A stretch of 64,000 nt of DNA from the human T2T-CHM13v2.0 reference genome, Homo sapiens (GCF_009914755.1 NC_060942.1), one strand, 5' to 3'. Positions 20,228-34,621 are shown, counted from the first letter of the stretch. Numbers and translations: made by a program. The notes: generated from the letters alone by a model not told the origin.

Positions 20228-20460
20228 GAGGGGTTTCCCAACCTTGGCACCACTGACATTTAGGGCCAGATAGTAATTATTATTATTTTTTCTGTGTGGA
20301 GGGTTGTCCTCTGCATCGTAAGATGTTTAGAAGCATCCTTGGCTTCTATACATATGAGATTCTGGTAGCAACCCCCAACCCATTTGTGACAACCAAAATA
20401 CCTCCATACATTCCCAAATATACCCTGTGTGGTATAATTCCTCCCAGTTGAGAACAATTA
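20228..20460 (-). mobile_element. MER20 hAT DNA transposon
   Basis: ggtttcccaaccttggcaccactgacatttagggccagata...gtgacaaccaaaa...cccagttgagaac. Confidence 0.85.
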
Positions 20461-20797
20461 GGCTAAGGCTATCATTAAGGATATTTAATATAAATATGAC
20501 TTTATATTGTAGTAAGAGATACCTGACATCAATATATTCAGGTTTTATTTGTTTGGAGAATGTAACTTCTAATCTTATGTCCTTTGTTAAGGGACTAAGG
20601 TAGGTTTTTGTAGACAATATACCTGGACTATGAATGCCACAAAGATAGCCACCCATGGGTATAGATAAGTGGAGTGTATTCAGGTATATGCAATTAAAAG
20701 TAACTGCATCTAGTTATATAAAACATAGTTGCTTAAGTGATTTATTACTTGATCTAGTGTTATCTGTGTCTCACATATACTTGGAAGATGGAGAAGG

Positions 20798-21446
20798 TGT
20801 TCCCAGACCAAACTGAGTGTTGGGCTCTATTTCTTGTGGTCCAATAATGAACTGGGGAGGAAGAGATTTTTTATTTCTGTAACCAGTTACAGGGAGAAGA
20901 CATGGAAAATATCACCAGACCAACTCAAAATGACAAAGTCTTCCAGAGCTTTATGTACCTTCTAAGCTATATGTCTATGTGTAAGTGTGCATTCATCTAA
21001 AGACATAACTGATTAACTTCTTTTAATCTGTAACTAATGTCTGAGTCCTGAAGACCTTCTTCTGGAGCCTCAGTGAGTTTACTTAATCTAAATGGGTCCA
21101 GGTGCTGGGATGATTGCCCTTATCTTGTCTCCTACTAAATCTTGGAGGTTTGGTGAGTTCCTTCAGACCCTCAATAAACTTGTTTGCAGAGGCCTGGGGA
21201 GTTTCTTCAGGCCCCCAATAAAACTTATTTAATCCTAAACAGGTCCTTTTAAGAATTCCTTCATTATTTTGTCATGCTTTAAGGCCCAGGAAATGCCTAG
21301 GCAAAACTCTTGGTGGGCTTTTGTTACATTCCAGCCTTTGTATAAAGGTACTGGCTCTTTCGGCTTTTAATATTTAACTTAACCACTTAGTCAGTGCTGA
21401 AACAGTTGTTATGGAGGCCTGTGTTAGTGAAATCTGGCCTGCCACA
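20798..21446 (-). mobile_element. ERV1-class solo LTR (LTR15-like)
   Basis: Minus strand begins tgtggcaggccag and ends tttggtctgggaaca (TG...CA). Internal imperfect tandem repeat (cttcag..cc.caataaa.ctt). Near-TSD aagg/aaag. Confidence 0.8.
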
Positions 21447-22020
21447 AAAGTACCTAAGGACAATTATATTCATATGATACTCTTTCAGACTTTTACTCCA
21501 AGGCTCCCAAGTCCTCTGGCTGAGACGATAAAGATTCTTCTGATTGTGGAATGAAGTCCATATTAAATATTTACGTATCTGTGCTTGTGCTGCTTTGGTG
21601 ACATATGTGGGCTTCATCATCTACATGTAGCCCACCTAACTCCATCTTTACACATCTGTGTACCCATCTCTGGAGTTTTGTTCATGTTTACTTTGAACTG
21701 TTTTTCTGTGTTACTGAATTCCCTGCATCCTTCAGGAACAAACTTATATCCATGTTCACCATAAAATGTCTCCTGATAACTCCAGCCAATACTACAATCC
21801 ACAACTACTCCCAATATTTTCTGCTTGGCATTTGCAGTACTTCTTGACTTCAATGAAATATTTGAGATTTACCTGTATCTTCAGTTTTTCCTTCATTATT
21901 TCATGTGGCCTAGCCTTGTTTCCTTAGACAAAGCACCAGCTTTTTGAGGAGAGGACTGACTGTCTTTGCTATAAAAATCTGTAACCCTCACCCCTAAACA
22001 ACCCAGACTTAAGAGTGCTG

Positions 22021-22604
22021 AGTTTCATATATGAGATCATGAAGTATTTGTCTTTCTATGTCTAGACTTCTTTCACTTAGCAGAATGTCCTCAAGGTTTA
22101 TCCATGTTATCACAAATGACTGTATTTCCTTTTTTTAAAAGGCTGATTAGTATTCCATTGTGTGTATATACCACGTTTTCTGTATCCATTCATTCATTGA
22201 TGGGCACTTTGGTTGTTTCCATATCTTGGCTACTGGGAATAATGCTTCAATGAACAGGGGAGTGCAGATATCTCTTTGACATCCTAATTTCATTCCTTTT
22301 GGATATGTACCCAGAAGTCGAATTGATGGATCATATGGTAGTCAAAGGATATAACATTTCAGTTATGGAGGAGGATTAAGTTTAGGATGTCTGCTATAAA
22401 ACATGATTATAGTTAATGGTATTGTATTCTTGAAAATTTCTAGGAATAGATTTTAAATATTATCACTAAAAAAATGCATATGAGGTAATAAATGTGTTAT
22501 TTAGCTTGATTTAGTCACTTCTCAATGTATGCATACATCAAAAGGTTATGTTGTATACTATAAACATATGATTTTTGAAAATTAAAAAAAAATTAATTTA
22601 AAAA
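22021..22604 (+). mobile_element. L1MA7/8-like LINE-1 3' fragment with inverted 5' portion
   Basis: 22021-22342 is antisense L1; 22341-22604 is sense L1MA 3'UTR ending in an A-rich tail. 10-bp TSD aagagtgctg at 22011-22020 and 22605-22614. Confidence 0.85.
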
Positions 22605-22859
22605 AAGAGTGCTGTTGAACTTCAGACAAAGTACTTGTTGAACTGATTTGAATAAAAAATATCTTAGCAGTCTGGATGTTTACTCCACCCAGAAAAGGCT
22701 GCCTTCCTAGGGACTTTCAGTGTGACTCCCAGCCGAGAGTCCTGTTGGAAGTAAGCTGGGATGTAGTGGTTTTATGACAATCTAGGACAATGCTTAGTTT
22801 GTAGTGCTGGCAAAGAGTTTGACATATAAATATTGCATGGCACATAAAGAACAATCTGA

Positions 22860-23116
22860 GGCCAGATATGGTGGATCACACCTATAATCTCAGCACTTTG
22901 GAAGGCCAAGATGAAAGAATCACTTGAGCACTGGGGTTTGAGACCAGCCTGGGCAACATAGTGAGACCTGGTAAAAAAAAAAATTACACAGGCATGGTGA
23001 TGTGTGCCTGTAGTTCCAGCTACTTGGGAGGGCCTGGGAGGTGGATCCTGCAGTGATCCATGATTATGCCACTGCACTCCAGCCTGGGTAACACAGCAAG
23101 ACCCTACTCAAAAAAG
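22860..23116 (+). mobile_element. AluJ element (diverged, internal deletion)
   Basis: cacttgagc...tttgagaccagcctgggcaacatagtgagacc are AluJ-type motifs. Confidence 0.88.
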
Positions 23117-24677
23117 GAATATGATTTGCTAAGCCCTGTGCGCGTCCAAAGAAATTGACTAGAATCATCTGCAGTCGTGTCTACTCTAGAGACAACAGTT
23201 GAGAAAAGTAGCTCAGAATTTCCTTCAAAAGATGATTTCCTTCAAAGAAGACTCCAAGAAAAGGAGATTTAAATGTCATGAGCAGGCCTTGTTATATTAA
23301 GGAGGGCACACTTTCATAAAGAGAATATGTGGTCATTGTGAAACTCAGGGCCATTGCTTCTCCATGAGCTCTTAGCAATATTAAATAGAATTTCCATGTT
23401 TTATTCACTCTAAGATATATTTAAGAAGTGTTTTCACATTTGTGAACTGAGAGTACATCTTGTAATCATCATAGGCCAGTGATACTGGAATATAGTGATC
23501 ATTTTTGAGCATGGACATTAAAACTTGCAGAATGGTTCTTGGAGGCCTGAAAGAAAATTCTAGAGACATTAGTTTATCAGTTTTTTTTTTTAAAGTTGCA
23601 TCACCATTAATGATGAACTGAAGCATGGTATGGAGCGGAAAAGGACAGGTATCATAAGGAGTCATGAAGTGATAAGTGTCATATGCAGAATAGGAAGTGA
23701 TGAGATTAGCTTATTTTTTTTAATGGGTGAACTATGAGTGACATATGGAAACTAAGTCTAAGTGAATTTAAAAGAGCTCCTGTAAGCTTAAAGTTCTACT
23801 CCTAGGTAATAGGAAAGCATGGGCCATATTTTTTTATTGGCAGAATCATTTCTTAGTGATATACCCAGTAATGATATATCTAACATAAATGTTTTCTTAG
23901 ACTCATTGAAATCGGCATCAAGGGGGTTTTAATGACATGAAGAATGAGTCAAATAAAATTATTCTTATACAACAAAAAAGTAAATAAAATGCAGGCACAG
24001 AATCTAAGAACTGGAAAATAATGTGAGTTCTAGTCTCCTTAGTTACTATTTAGCCACAATGTTCACCCTTTCAGGCAATTTTTTTCTCCTTGCTTAAGAT
24101 GTTTATATTTTAATGACTTTTGATAATTGGGATCCCATTGCTATCTTTAATAAAAAGGAAAGGACTAATATTGGGGGCGTTTTATGTTTAGCATACTGAG
24201 GTGCCATGAATCAGTTCATATTGGAAAAAGCTTTTATCCCCCTAGCCATGTGGATGGCAAGGTTTTTATAGGGCCTGGAGTGTCCAGAGAACCCTGGCAG
24301 GCTTCTTCTAGCCTTTAGGAGCCTCTATTTTTATTCCTGTGTGGTACAAAAATTATCCTTTGCTGGGTATGTCCCAACCTGGAAAAGGTTGTGAGCACTG
24401 CTCTAATAGATTGCCGGTGGCGTCTCTGAAAAAATATGGAATAGACAAAGTTAAAGACCCCATTGCCTCCAAGACCCTGTCATGATTTGCACAGATTATG
24501 TCCAGAAGTTTTTGTGCAAGAGTGACTACTGCACTTGCCTAGAGATATTTCTTTCTGCATTTGCAATCCCAGTCAAGCTTGATCAGAACTTACAGTTGTC
24601 TTCTTAACAGGTTGGAAAGAGGAACTTCGGCTCTAAAGTAAAGAGTTAAAACATGAAAACAGGCATCAATTCTACAA

Positions 24678-24862
24678 AAGTGATTTTTTTAAAATGTGGT
24701 CTCCGGACCAGCAGCATCAGCATTGTTGGAAATGTTAGAGAGGAAATCTTAGGCCCCAACCTGGACTTATCAAATCAGAAACTGTGGGGTGGGTCTGATG
24801 TATCTAGCCTTTAACAAACCTTTCAGATGATTCTGATGCTTGCTTAGGTTCAGGAGCCACAG
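24678..24862. mobile_element. MER5A hAT DNA transposon
   Basis: tgtggtctccggaccagcagcatcagcat...aatcagaaactgtggggtggg...gatgattctgatgc. Confidence 0.8.
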
Positions 24863-25539
24863 ATTTACAGTGTCCAGAAGACAAAAGGTAACAAAAAAGA
24901 ATATTTGATCTCTTGTCCAATAGACACTGGAATATGGTCCCTGGGATTGGGGTTATATTTCTCCTGTTGTCTTCTCTTATGCCTTTTGCAAATTATTTAG
25001 CTTTGCTAGGCCTCAATTTCTTCCAGTATAAAATGAAGGCAATCAATTAGATATTCTTTATTCCTTGTATGGTTTTTTTAATTGCCCTTCTATGTTTAAA
25101 TTGCATCATGTGCTGTGTAGCATCTTTTAGTAGAGCATGGAGGCGGGGGAGTACAAGTGGGGGATGCAGCTTCTTCAGGATTCTTTAACCATGCTGAGAA
25201 GTGGTGGTGGGGAGGAACTTCTTTCTATCCTGGTAAAGCAGGAATTGCAGGGCTTTTCCTGCCTGATGAGTAAGAGATTGCTGTGAAAAGAATGAGAGTT
25301 AAAGATGTTTTTATTCTCTGGGTTCTAATCCTGGCCTTAATATTAACTCTCTCTGTGATATCACATCAGTCTTAACTCTCTGGATCTAAATTCTTCTGTA
25401 ATGTAAGAAATCAAATAGGAAAACAGTTTTATGTGTCTAGTACAATGATCAGTAGAGAGCAAGTGTCCAATAAATGCTCCGTTTTTTTTCCATCTCAAAT
25501 ATTCTGTTCTTTGCAATTTGCCGGTATTAAAAATGCTTT

Positions 25540-25866
<327 letters not shown>

Positions 25867-26777
25867 TTATTATGTAGGTTCCCAAGACCATCTCTGGAAG
25901 GGAAGTATTTGCTGACAGCCTGTTACTGTTCTTGCCAGGTCACATAACCAGTTATCCTTATCCTGTGAAGCCTAACTACCTGCTTTCAAACCAATATTTG
26001 AGAGTTCTAAGTACCTTTTAGGATTTGTTGCTTATGTGTACCCGCAGTTTCAGGGTATCCTGTAACTCCAAGTTTCCTCTCCAAAGCTGCTGGCCAAATT
26101 ACATAGCTCACCCTTGTTTAAATTGGTGGGGGTGGGGGCAACATGAATCTGAGTATATCAATAACATGTCTTAGTTTAATTAAAAATGACCTACCAAAGA
26201 ATGAATAGAAGAAACTTAATGTTTATGTATTTTATTTATTCTTGCTATTGTTCAATAGAACCTCATCATTCTTGACACTAACAATGTACTAGACACTTTG
26301 TATCTTATTCGATTCTTAGAAGAGTCATGTGGGATGGATTGTATTGCCTCCATTTGAGTAACTTGCCCAAGTTCACTCAGTATGCGGCAAAACAAAAAGC
26401 GTTTTGAATCTAAGTATTTTTCTTTCCAGGGCCAATGCTTTTTTTTTTTTTTTTTTACAGAAGCAAAGCTCTCCTAAAACTTATGTTTGCTGGGTAAATG
26501 ACTTTAGTGTTTGCATAAGGGGTTCTCTGATTTTCAAAGTTGCTGAGATGGTGTTAAAATTCAAGTTTAATCAATCAACCAATTAGTATTTATTGAATAC
26601 CTGCTGGGTGTAAGGATTGCACTTGGTGCTATGGGAAATAAACAACAACAACAAAGAATCAAGCTGATCCCCATGCAGGGAAGGAAGAGAAACACATGAA
26701 GACTGGCAGCTCACGAGGAGGCGGCTCCCTGGTAGCCAGGCTAGTCAGGAAATGTTTCGTGTTCATGATGGGATTTT

Positions 26778-27084
26778 CTTACTTTTCCTATTTTTTTTTT
26801 TGAGACAGAGTCTAGTTTTGTCACCCAGACTGGAGTGCAGTGGGTGCAATCTCAGCTCACTGCAACCTCTGCCTCCTGGGTTCAAGGGATTCTCCTGCTT
26901 CCGCTTTCCTAGTAGTTGGAATTACAGGTGCCTGCCACCACAATTGGCTAATTTTTGTACTTTTAGTAGAGATGGGCTTTCACCATGTTGGTCAGGCTGG
27001 TCTTGAACTCTTGACCTCAAGTGATCCGCCTGCTTCAGCCTGCCAAAGTGCTGGGATTACAGGTGTGAGCCACTGCGCCTGGCC
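26778..27084 (-). mobile_element. AluS element
   Basis: Antisense Alu dimer. TSD catgat(g/a)ggatttt at 26764-26777 and 27085-27098. Confidence 0.95.
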
Positions 27085-29619
27085 CATGATAGGATTTTTG
27101 TTCTTGGAATATCTATCAAGTCTTACTATGTTTCTGGTGTTACCTTATGTAACTTTTACAACTATTCCATCCTCATTTTACTGTTGAGTCAACCAAGATA
27201 CAGAGGGGTGAAATGAACCTTCCTGATTTATACACTTGGCAAGAAGAAGGGATGAGAATCAGTCCTCAGGCTTTTGAATCCAAGTCTGATGCCCCTTCTA
27301 TAACATTTATTGGAGTGATCTCTAAGAAAGGGTTGTTAACATTTAGTTTCCCTAAAGTAGGCCTGTAATCTTTTAAATGCCAAGAAACAGGAGTCTGAAG
27401 ACCATGAGACTTTATTTGTTCACAGTTTTCCTGGGGAACACACAGTGTTTCTGAAGAAAAGACTTTAGTTCTTCCTTCTAATGAAAGCAGTTATGCTGGT
27501 ATTTGTTCAGGTATGTGCTAGGGATTCAAACTCATAGATATTAAAAAGAGCCATTTAGAATTGTATACTGCTCTTCAGAGACCCTCCTGCCTACCCCCAA
27601 CTACTTAAAGCAATAAACTGTCTCTCTGTGGGAGGGAAGTACAACCTTTTTGTGGTTCAGCTGCTGAAGCTGGGGGCTCCTTAGTCAGCAGTTGGTCTGA
27701 GCTGAGCTGGGCCAGCCTGGGACGGTGGGCTTCCCAGGGACCAGTGTCCTCAGGCAGCTTGTCCCTTGGGGAAAGCAGGACACTAACTTCTGCCTGGGAA
27801 TTCACCAGGAAGACCAAGCAGAGGAGCAATGTTAGGCCATTTCAGAAAGTTCAGGCGGCTGCTAAGTAGCCTTCCCTGATGGTGCCCACAGCCTGGTAGG
27901 TGGCATCAGTATGTTACTCAGCTGCAGTTGTGACTTTGATGGGCATCACCCAGCATGCCTTTGATAGGGAGCAGCAAAACAAGACAGTGAAGACTTTCTT
28001 GCTTTGTGAAAAGCATGTCAGTGCAGCCCCAAAGAATGAGGCAAACTCAAAGGGAAGCGTGAACAAAACTGTTTGCTTAACGCGGAGGTGTCCAAGGAGA
28101 AATTTGAAGTACCTGCTTTTGTTTGGTTTTGTTTATAGAAAACTTTTAAAAATAACTCCTTTTAAAGCAGAAACCTCTTACTCCTAATATATTATCATAG
28201 AGTAATCTAAAGAAATGGTTGTGGTACTTCCTGATAAGAGATTAACATTTAACTTCCCTAGTAGGCATGAGAATGTTCCCAATTAAAAAACTCCAAATAT
28301 AGTAAAATTTCCTTTCAAGTTCAGATCAGAAAACTGAAATCCTACAACTCCTAGCACAAAGATGTGTATATAATAAACACTCAAAAACATTTATTGCTAA
28401 ATTAATCTTATTTATTCCATCTTGAAGGCTTTTATCAGAATCCTAATCTTCCTCTACATCCTCATAATGTTTCTATTACATTTAGCCTGGTGTTCAATTT
28501 TACTGAATTCTGATTCACAGAGAACTATTAATCCATAGTGTAATTCAATTAATAATAATAATATTCACCAGAGTGCTTCATACCTGCAACATTATGGTTA
28601 AGTGGACATAATGCAACCTACGTAATTTACAAATACGAATACTCCAAAATGGGTTAAGCTAAAAACCAGCTTTCCCTGTGTGTTACCTGGATAATGCAAA
28701 GCTCTGTTGACTATTCTCATTGTAAAATATATACGGATTGCTACTCCCTACCTTTTTGGTTCTGCCCTGCTTTGTTAGCTTAGTTATCATAAACATTTCT
28801 CCACTCGTACCCCAAAGCTATTTGGGAATAGTATATAAAAATATTGGATGTGAACTTCGATTTCTTTTGTTTAAATCATCTTAAGGGTGGAGATATGAAA
28901 GACCGAAAGAAGGTAAGCAAGTAAGAAATAATTCAAGTAATGAAACTTTGGATCCTGACAGAACCCCAGTAATTATCAAAACTAGGTGACTCTCTTGTGT
29001 ATAGATGTGGAATCTCTGAGGCCAGTGAATGTCAGTAGCTTGTTCAAGCTCACCCAGTCAGTGGCAGGTATGTGGTGACCACCTGGGACATCTCAAGGTC
29101 ATCACTTCAGTGCTTTACCACCAGACAACACTTGGCAGCTAGTTTCCCAGATGTCGACTTGTACTGCACTTGCCTTTGGAGCAGCAGTTGTTGCTTTCTT
29201 CTCCCTAGGAGACCAAGAGATGAACTAGATGGTTAGTCAAGTCTTTTTCCAGCACAGTGTGCTGAGTCCAGCTGGAAAATCTTGGAGGAGCCTCGTTTTC
29301 CTCACCGGTAAATGAGCAGTGCTTCACATGCAAGCATGCACCACAAGTTCGTAAGAGAAATAGAACCAATGGGAAATTTCAATCAAAGCAGATTACTTCC
29401 AGGTTTTCATTACTTGAGCAACACTTGAGTATTGTTTCAGCATTCATCCTTATAGGCACCAAGCAAGAACGTGACTGTCTTCCCAGTTAGCATCCTCCTC
29501 TTTGCCATGTACTGTGACTCTGTTTTGACTTAGGACCTTGTCTCTTATTTTCTTATTGGAGTGTTCTTTTACCTTCTCCCAGTTGGAGTAATTTGTATCT
29601 CCACTTGGATATGAGCAGC

Positions 29620-29878
29620 ATCTTATCATATGCTCTCAAGTTTTTCTTAGTGCTCTGGCATTTTCTTGAAGAAAAAAAAAAATCAAAAAGAAAAACCCTG
29701 CCAACATTCAGGGAAATGGTAAAAAAATGCTCCTAGCAAGGCATTGTCTCTCTTGTTCACAACTATTTCTGTTTCTTTCTTCCACATTCACTATCCAACC
29801 TACTCAATATGGCTTGTACTCCTTATAAGCCAACTCACCCACAGTTTCCACTTGCCCTTATATGTTGGCATGAAATTC
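29620..29878 (+). mobile_element. L2 relic, left part (continues at 33596)
   Basis: ctcacccacagtttccacttgcccttatatgttggc...tctctaacccag resembles L2 sequence that continues as ctgaagtcctga...aaatctccacctgtatcaaactc beyond the composite insertion. Confidence 0.55.
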
Positions 29879-29892
29879 TTTCTCTAACCCAG

Positions 29893-30593
<701 letters not shown>

Positions 30594-33574
30594 TTTAAAA
30601 TTTATTTATTTCTTTATTATTTACTTATTTTTCCATAGATTATTGGAGTGCAGGTGGTGTTCGGTTATGTAAGTTCTTTAGTGGTAATTTGTGAGATTTT
30701 AATGCACCCATCATCTAAGCAGCATATACTGCACCCTATTTGTAGTCTTTTATCCCTTGCCCCCTCCCACGCTTACCCCCAACTCCCCAAAGAATTGTAT
30801 CATTCTTATGCCTTTGCATCCTTATAGCTTAACTTCCACATATCAGTGAGAACATACAATGTCTAGTTTTCCATTCCTGAGTTACTTCACTTAGAATAAT
30901 AGTCGCCAATTTCATCCAGGTCGCTGTGAATGCCATTAATTTGTTCCTTTTTTATGGCTGAGTAGTATTCCATCGTTTATATATACCACAGTTTCTTTAT
31001 CTACTTATTGATTGGTGGGTATTTGGGTTGGTTCCACAATTTTACAATTGAAAATTGTGCTGCAATGAACATATATGTGCAAGTATCTTTTTCTTATAAT
31101 GACTTCTTTTCCCCTGGGTAGATACCCAGTAGTGGGATTGTTGGATCAAATGATAGTTCTACTTTCAGCTCTTTGAGGAATCTCCACACTATTTTCCATA
31201 GCGGCTGTACTAGTTCACATTCCCACCAGCAGTGTAGAAGTGTTCCCTGATCACTGCATCCATGCCAACATCTACTGTTTTTTTATTTTTTTGATTATGG
31301 CCACTCATGCAGGAGTAAGGTGGTATTGCATTCTGGTTTTGGTTTGCATTTTTCTGATCATTAGTGATGTTGAGCATTTTTTTCATGTTTGTTGTTTATT
31401 TGTATATCTTCTTTTGAGAATTGTCTATCCATGTCCTTAGCCCACTGTTTGATGGGATTGTTTGTTTTTTTCTTGCTGATTTGTTCGTGTTCATTGTAGA
31501 TTCTGGATATTAGTCCTTTGTCAGATGTATAGATTGTGAAGATTTTCTCCCACTCTTTGGATTGTATGTTTGCTCTGCTGAGCATTCCTTTTGCCATGCA
31601 AAAGCTCTTTAGTTTAATTAAGTCCCAGCTATTTATCTTTGTTTTTATTGCACTTGCTTTTGGGTTCTTGGTCATAAAATCCTTACCTATGCCAATGTCT
31701 AGAAGGGGTTTTCCAATGTTATCTTCTAGAATTTTTATAGTTTTAGTTCTTAGATTTAAGTCCTTAATCCATCCTGAGTTGATTTTTGTATAAGGTGAGA
31801 GATGAGGATCCAGTTTCATTCTCTTACATGTGGCTAGCCAATAATTCCAGCACCATTTGTTGAAAAGGGTGTGCTTTTTCCACTTTAAGTTTTTGTTTGT
31901 TTTGTCAAAGATCAGTTGGCTGTAAGTTTTTGGGTTTATTTCTGGGTTTTCTATTCTGTTCCATTGGTCTATGCACCTATTTTTATGCCAGTACCATACT
32001 GTTTTGGTGAGTATGGCCTTATGGTATAGTTTGCAGCCAGATAGTGTGATGCCTCCAGATTTGTTCTTTTTGCTTAGGTTTGCTTTGGCTATGTGGGCTT
32101 TTTTTTGGTTCCATATGAATTTTGGAATTGTTTTTTCTAATTCTGTGAAGGACGATGGGGGTATTTTGATGGGGATTGCATTGAATTTGTAGATTGCTTT
32201 TGGTAGTATGGTCATTTTCACAATATTGATTATACCCATCCATGAGCATGAGATGTATTTCCATTTTTTGTGTTCTCTGTGATTTCTTTCAGCAGCCTTT
32301 TGTAGTTCTCCTTCTCGAGGTCTTTCACCTCCTTGGTTAGGTACATTCCTAAGTATTTGTGTGTGTGTGTATGTGTGTGTGTGTGTGTATGTGTGTGTGC
32401 AGCTACTGTAAAAGTGGTTGAGTTCTTAATTCTCCACTTGGTCGCTGTTAGTGTATAGGGGAGCTACTGATTTGTGTACATTAAACTTGTATCCAGAAAC
32501 TTTGCTGAATTATTTTATCAGTTCTAGGAGCTTTCTGGAGGAGTCTTTAAGGTTTTTGAGGTAAACAATCATATCGTCAGCAAACAGTGACAGTTTACCT
32601 TCCTCTTTACCAATTTGTATGCCTTTTATTTCTTTCTCTTGTCTGATTGCTCTGGCTAGGACTTCCAGTACTATGTTGAAGAGGAGTGGAGAGAGTGGGT
32701 ATCCTTGTCTTGTTCCAGTTCCTAAAGGGAATGCTTTTAACTTTTCCCCATTCAGTATCATGTTGGCTGTGGGTTTGTCATAGATGACTTTTATAACATT
32801 GAGTTGTATCCCTTATATAAGGGATACAATTTTGTTGAGTTTTAATCATAAAGGGTGCTGGATTTTGTCGTATGCTTTTTCTGCATCTATTGAAATAATC
32901 GTGATTTTGTTTTAATTCTGTTTATGTGGTGTATCACATTTATTGACTTCCATATTTTAAACCACCCCTGCATCCCTAGGTATGAAACCCACTTGACCAT
33001 GATGAATTATCTTATTGACATGTTGTTGGATTTGGTTAGCTAGTATTTTGTTAAGGATTTTAGCATCCATGTTTATCAGGGATATCTGTCTGTAGTTTTC
33101 ATTTTTGATTATGTCCTTTCCTGGTTTTGGTATTACGGTGATGCTGGCTTCATAGAATAAATTAGGGAGGGTTCCCTCTTTCTCTATCTTGTGAAATAGT
33201 GTCAATAGGATGGGTAACAATTCTTCTTTGAATATCTGGTAGAATTGTTATCTATCTTCTGTATCTAGCTGCCCAGCAAGTCTACCAAGCTCAGGGCTGG
33301 TACAGGGGGTTGTCTACACAGATTCCTATGACGTGAACCATCTATGGATCTCTCAGCTGTGGATACCAGCACAGTATTTGGGGTGTCTCCCGGGTCCTGC
33401 AGGAGCAGTCTGCTTTCTTCAGAGGGTCTGTGGGTCCTCTTGGGATTCCTGATTCATTCCTGCAGTCGTTCTGGAGCTAAAATTTGTGATGCAAGCCTCC
33501 GCACACTGCTCTCTCTGTCTGAGTTGGCGCTGCAATCTAGTCCTGTCTCTGGTCTGCCATGATGATCTCTTCTT
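30594..33574 (-). mobile_element. L1PB (L1PB1/L1PBa-like) with intact 5' tip, missing most of the 5'UTR, ORF1 and the endonuclease region
   Basis: L1PB-type 3' end (caccacctgcactccaataatctatggaaaaat on the minus strand). ORF2 fragments in the ORF track (31361-32239, 32510-32761, 32957-33220). L1PBa-type 5' start (atcatggcagac...caggactagattgcagc) at ~33565. Confidence 0.9.
32358..32399. repeat. Imperfect (TG)n microsatellite inside the L1PB
   Basis: tgtgtgtgtgtgtatgtgtgtgtgtgtgtgtatgtgtgtgtg. Confidence 0.95.
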
Positions 33575-33595
33575 TTTCTCTAACCCAGTATTTTT

Positions 33596-34100
33596 AACTG
33601 AAGTCCTGATCATAGCTACCTGTCTACCAGAAATCTCCACCTGTATCAAACTCAGAGTCTGAAAAACAAATTCCTTATATCTCCAATCCCTACTTGTCTT
33701 TTATTGGGTATCTATGAAGTTACCCAAGCCAGACACACAGCTTTCATCATCTCAGTCTTTTGCTATCCCCTATTGACTCTATCTTCCAAATAATACTGCA
33801 ATAAATCTCTCCCTTCCTCTACTTGTTTTGACTGCCTTTGCTCATCTTTTGTTTTCTGGTGTTGCGTAATCGTATCCTAACTGCTCTCCTGGCTTCTAGT
33901 GTTGCCCCTGAAGTTCATCTTTCATACTGCTTAAAGTGTGAACATTCCTAAGGTACAAATGTCATTCCTCCCTCTTCATGTTTATAATTCTTCAGTGGTT
34001 TTCATCAATTTTTTTTTTTTTACTAAGTCAAAGTTTCTGCCTATGATGAGTCTCTTTCATATCTCTCTACAATGTGTCTTGGTTATAAGGGTTGACATTG
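33596..34100 (+). mobile_element. L2 relic, right part
   Basis: atctccacctgtatcaaactc...ttacccaagccaga...tcctaactgctctcctggcttctag...atctttcatactgc are L2-like motifs. Confidence 0.65.
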
Positions 34101-34621
34101 CCTGGAAATTCAGAGGTGTATTGACAGATGTTTGGTCAGAGGGTTGGTCTGAATCCACTGTTAGAAATATAAAGCCCTTGATAAGCATTCCCTGTCCCTC
34201 TGTCATAGGCTGCCCTCTGAAATATGCTAAGCAGGATTAAGTTTGTAGACCTGTAAACAGGGACAGAATGCCATCAGGTGATTTTAAATGCCATCTGGGC
34301 TTTTTATGCCTGGCTTTACTACAACCTGTTTGAAGAAGTTATTTCTGAATAAATGGTGATGTTCTTTTGTTTTGTCTTGTTTTGTTTTTGTAGTCTACCT
34401 GAAGACTTTGACTTTAATATTTTGGCTACTCAGAGGATCAGTCCTGCCCCTCTATTTTTAGCAACCTCACACTCTGCCCATACATTACGTGCTTTTAATG
34501 ATGAAAGCAGCATTCAAAGCTTACATAAAATAAGCAATTAGTAAATGCATTAGTAGTATAGTATTTATAAACAACTTATATTATTGGCTTTACTGAAATT
34601 TCTCCAGGGGCTTCTCACTAG

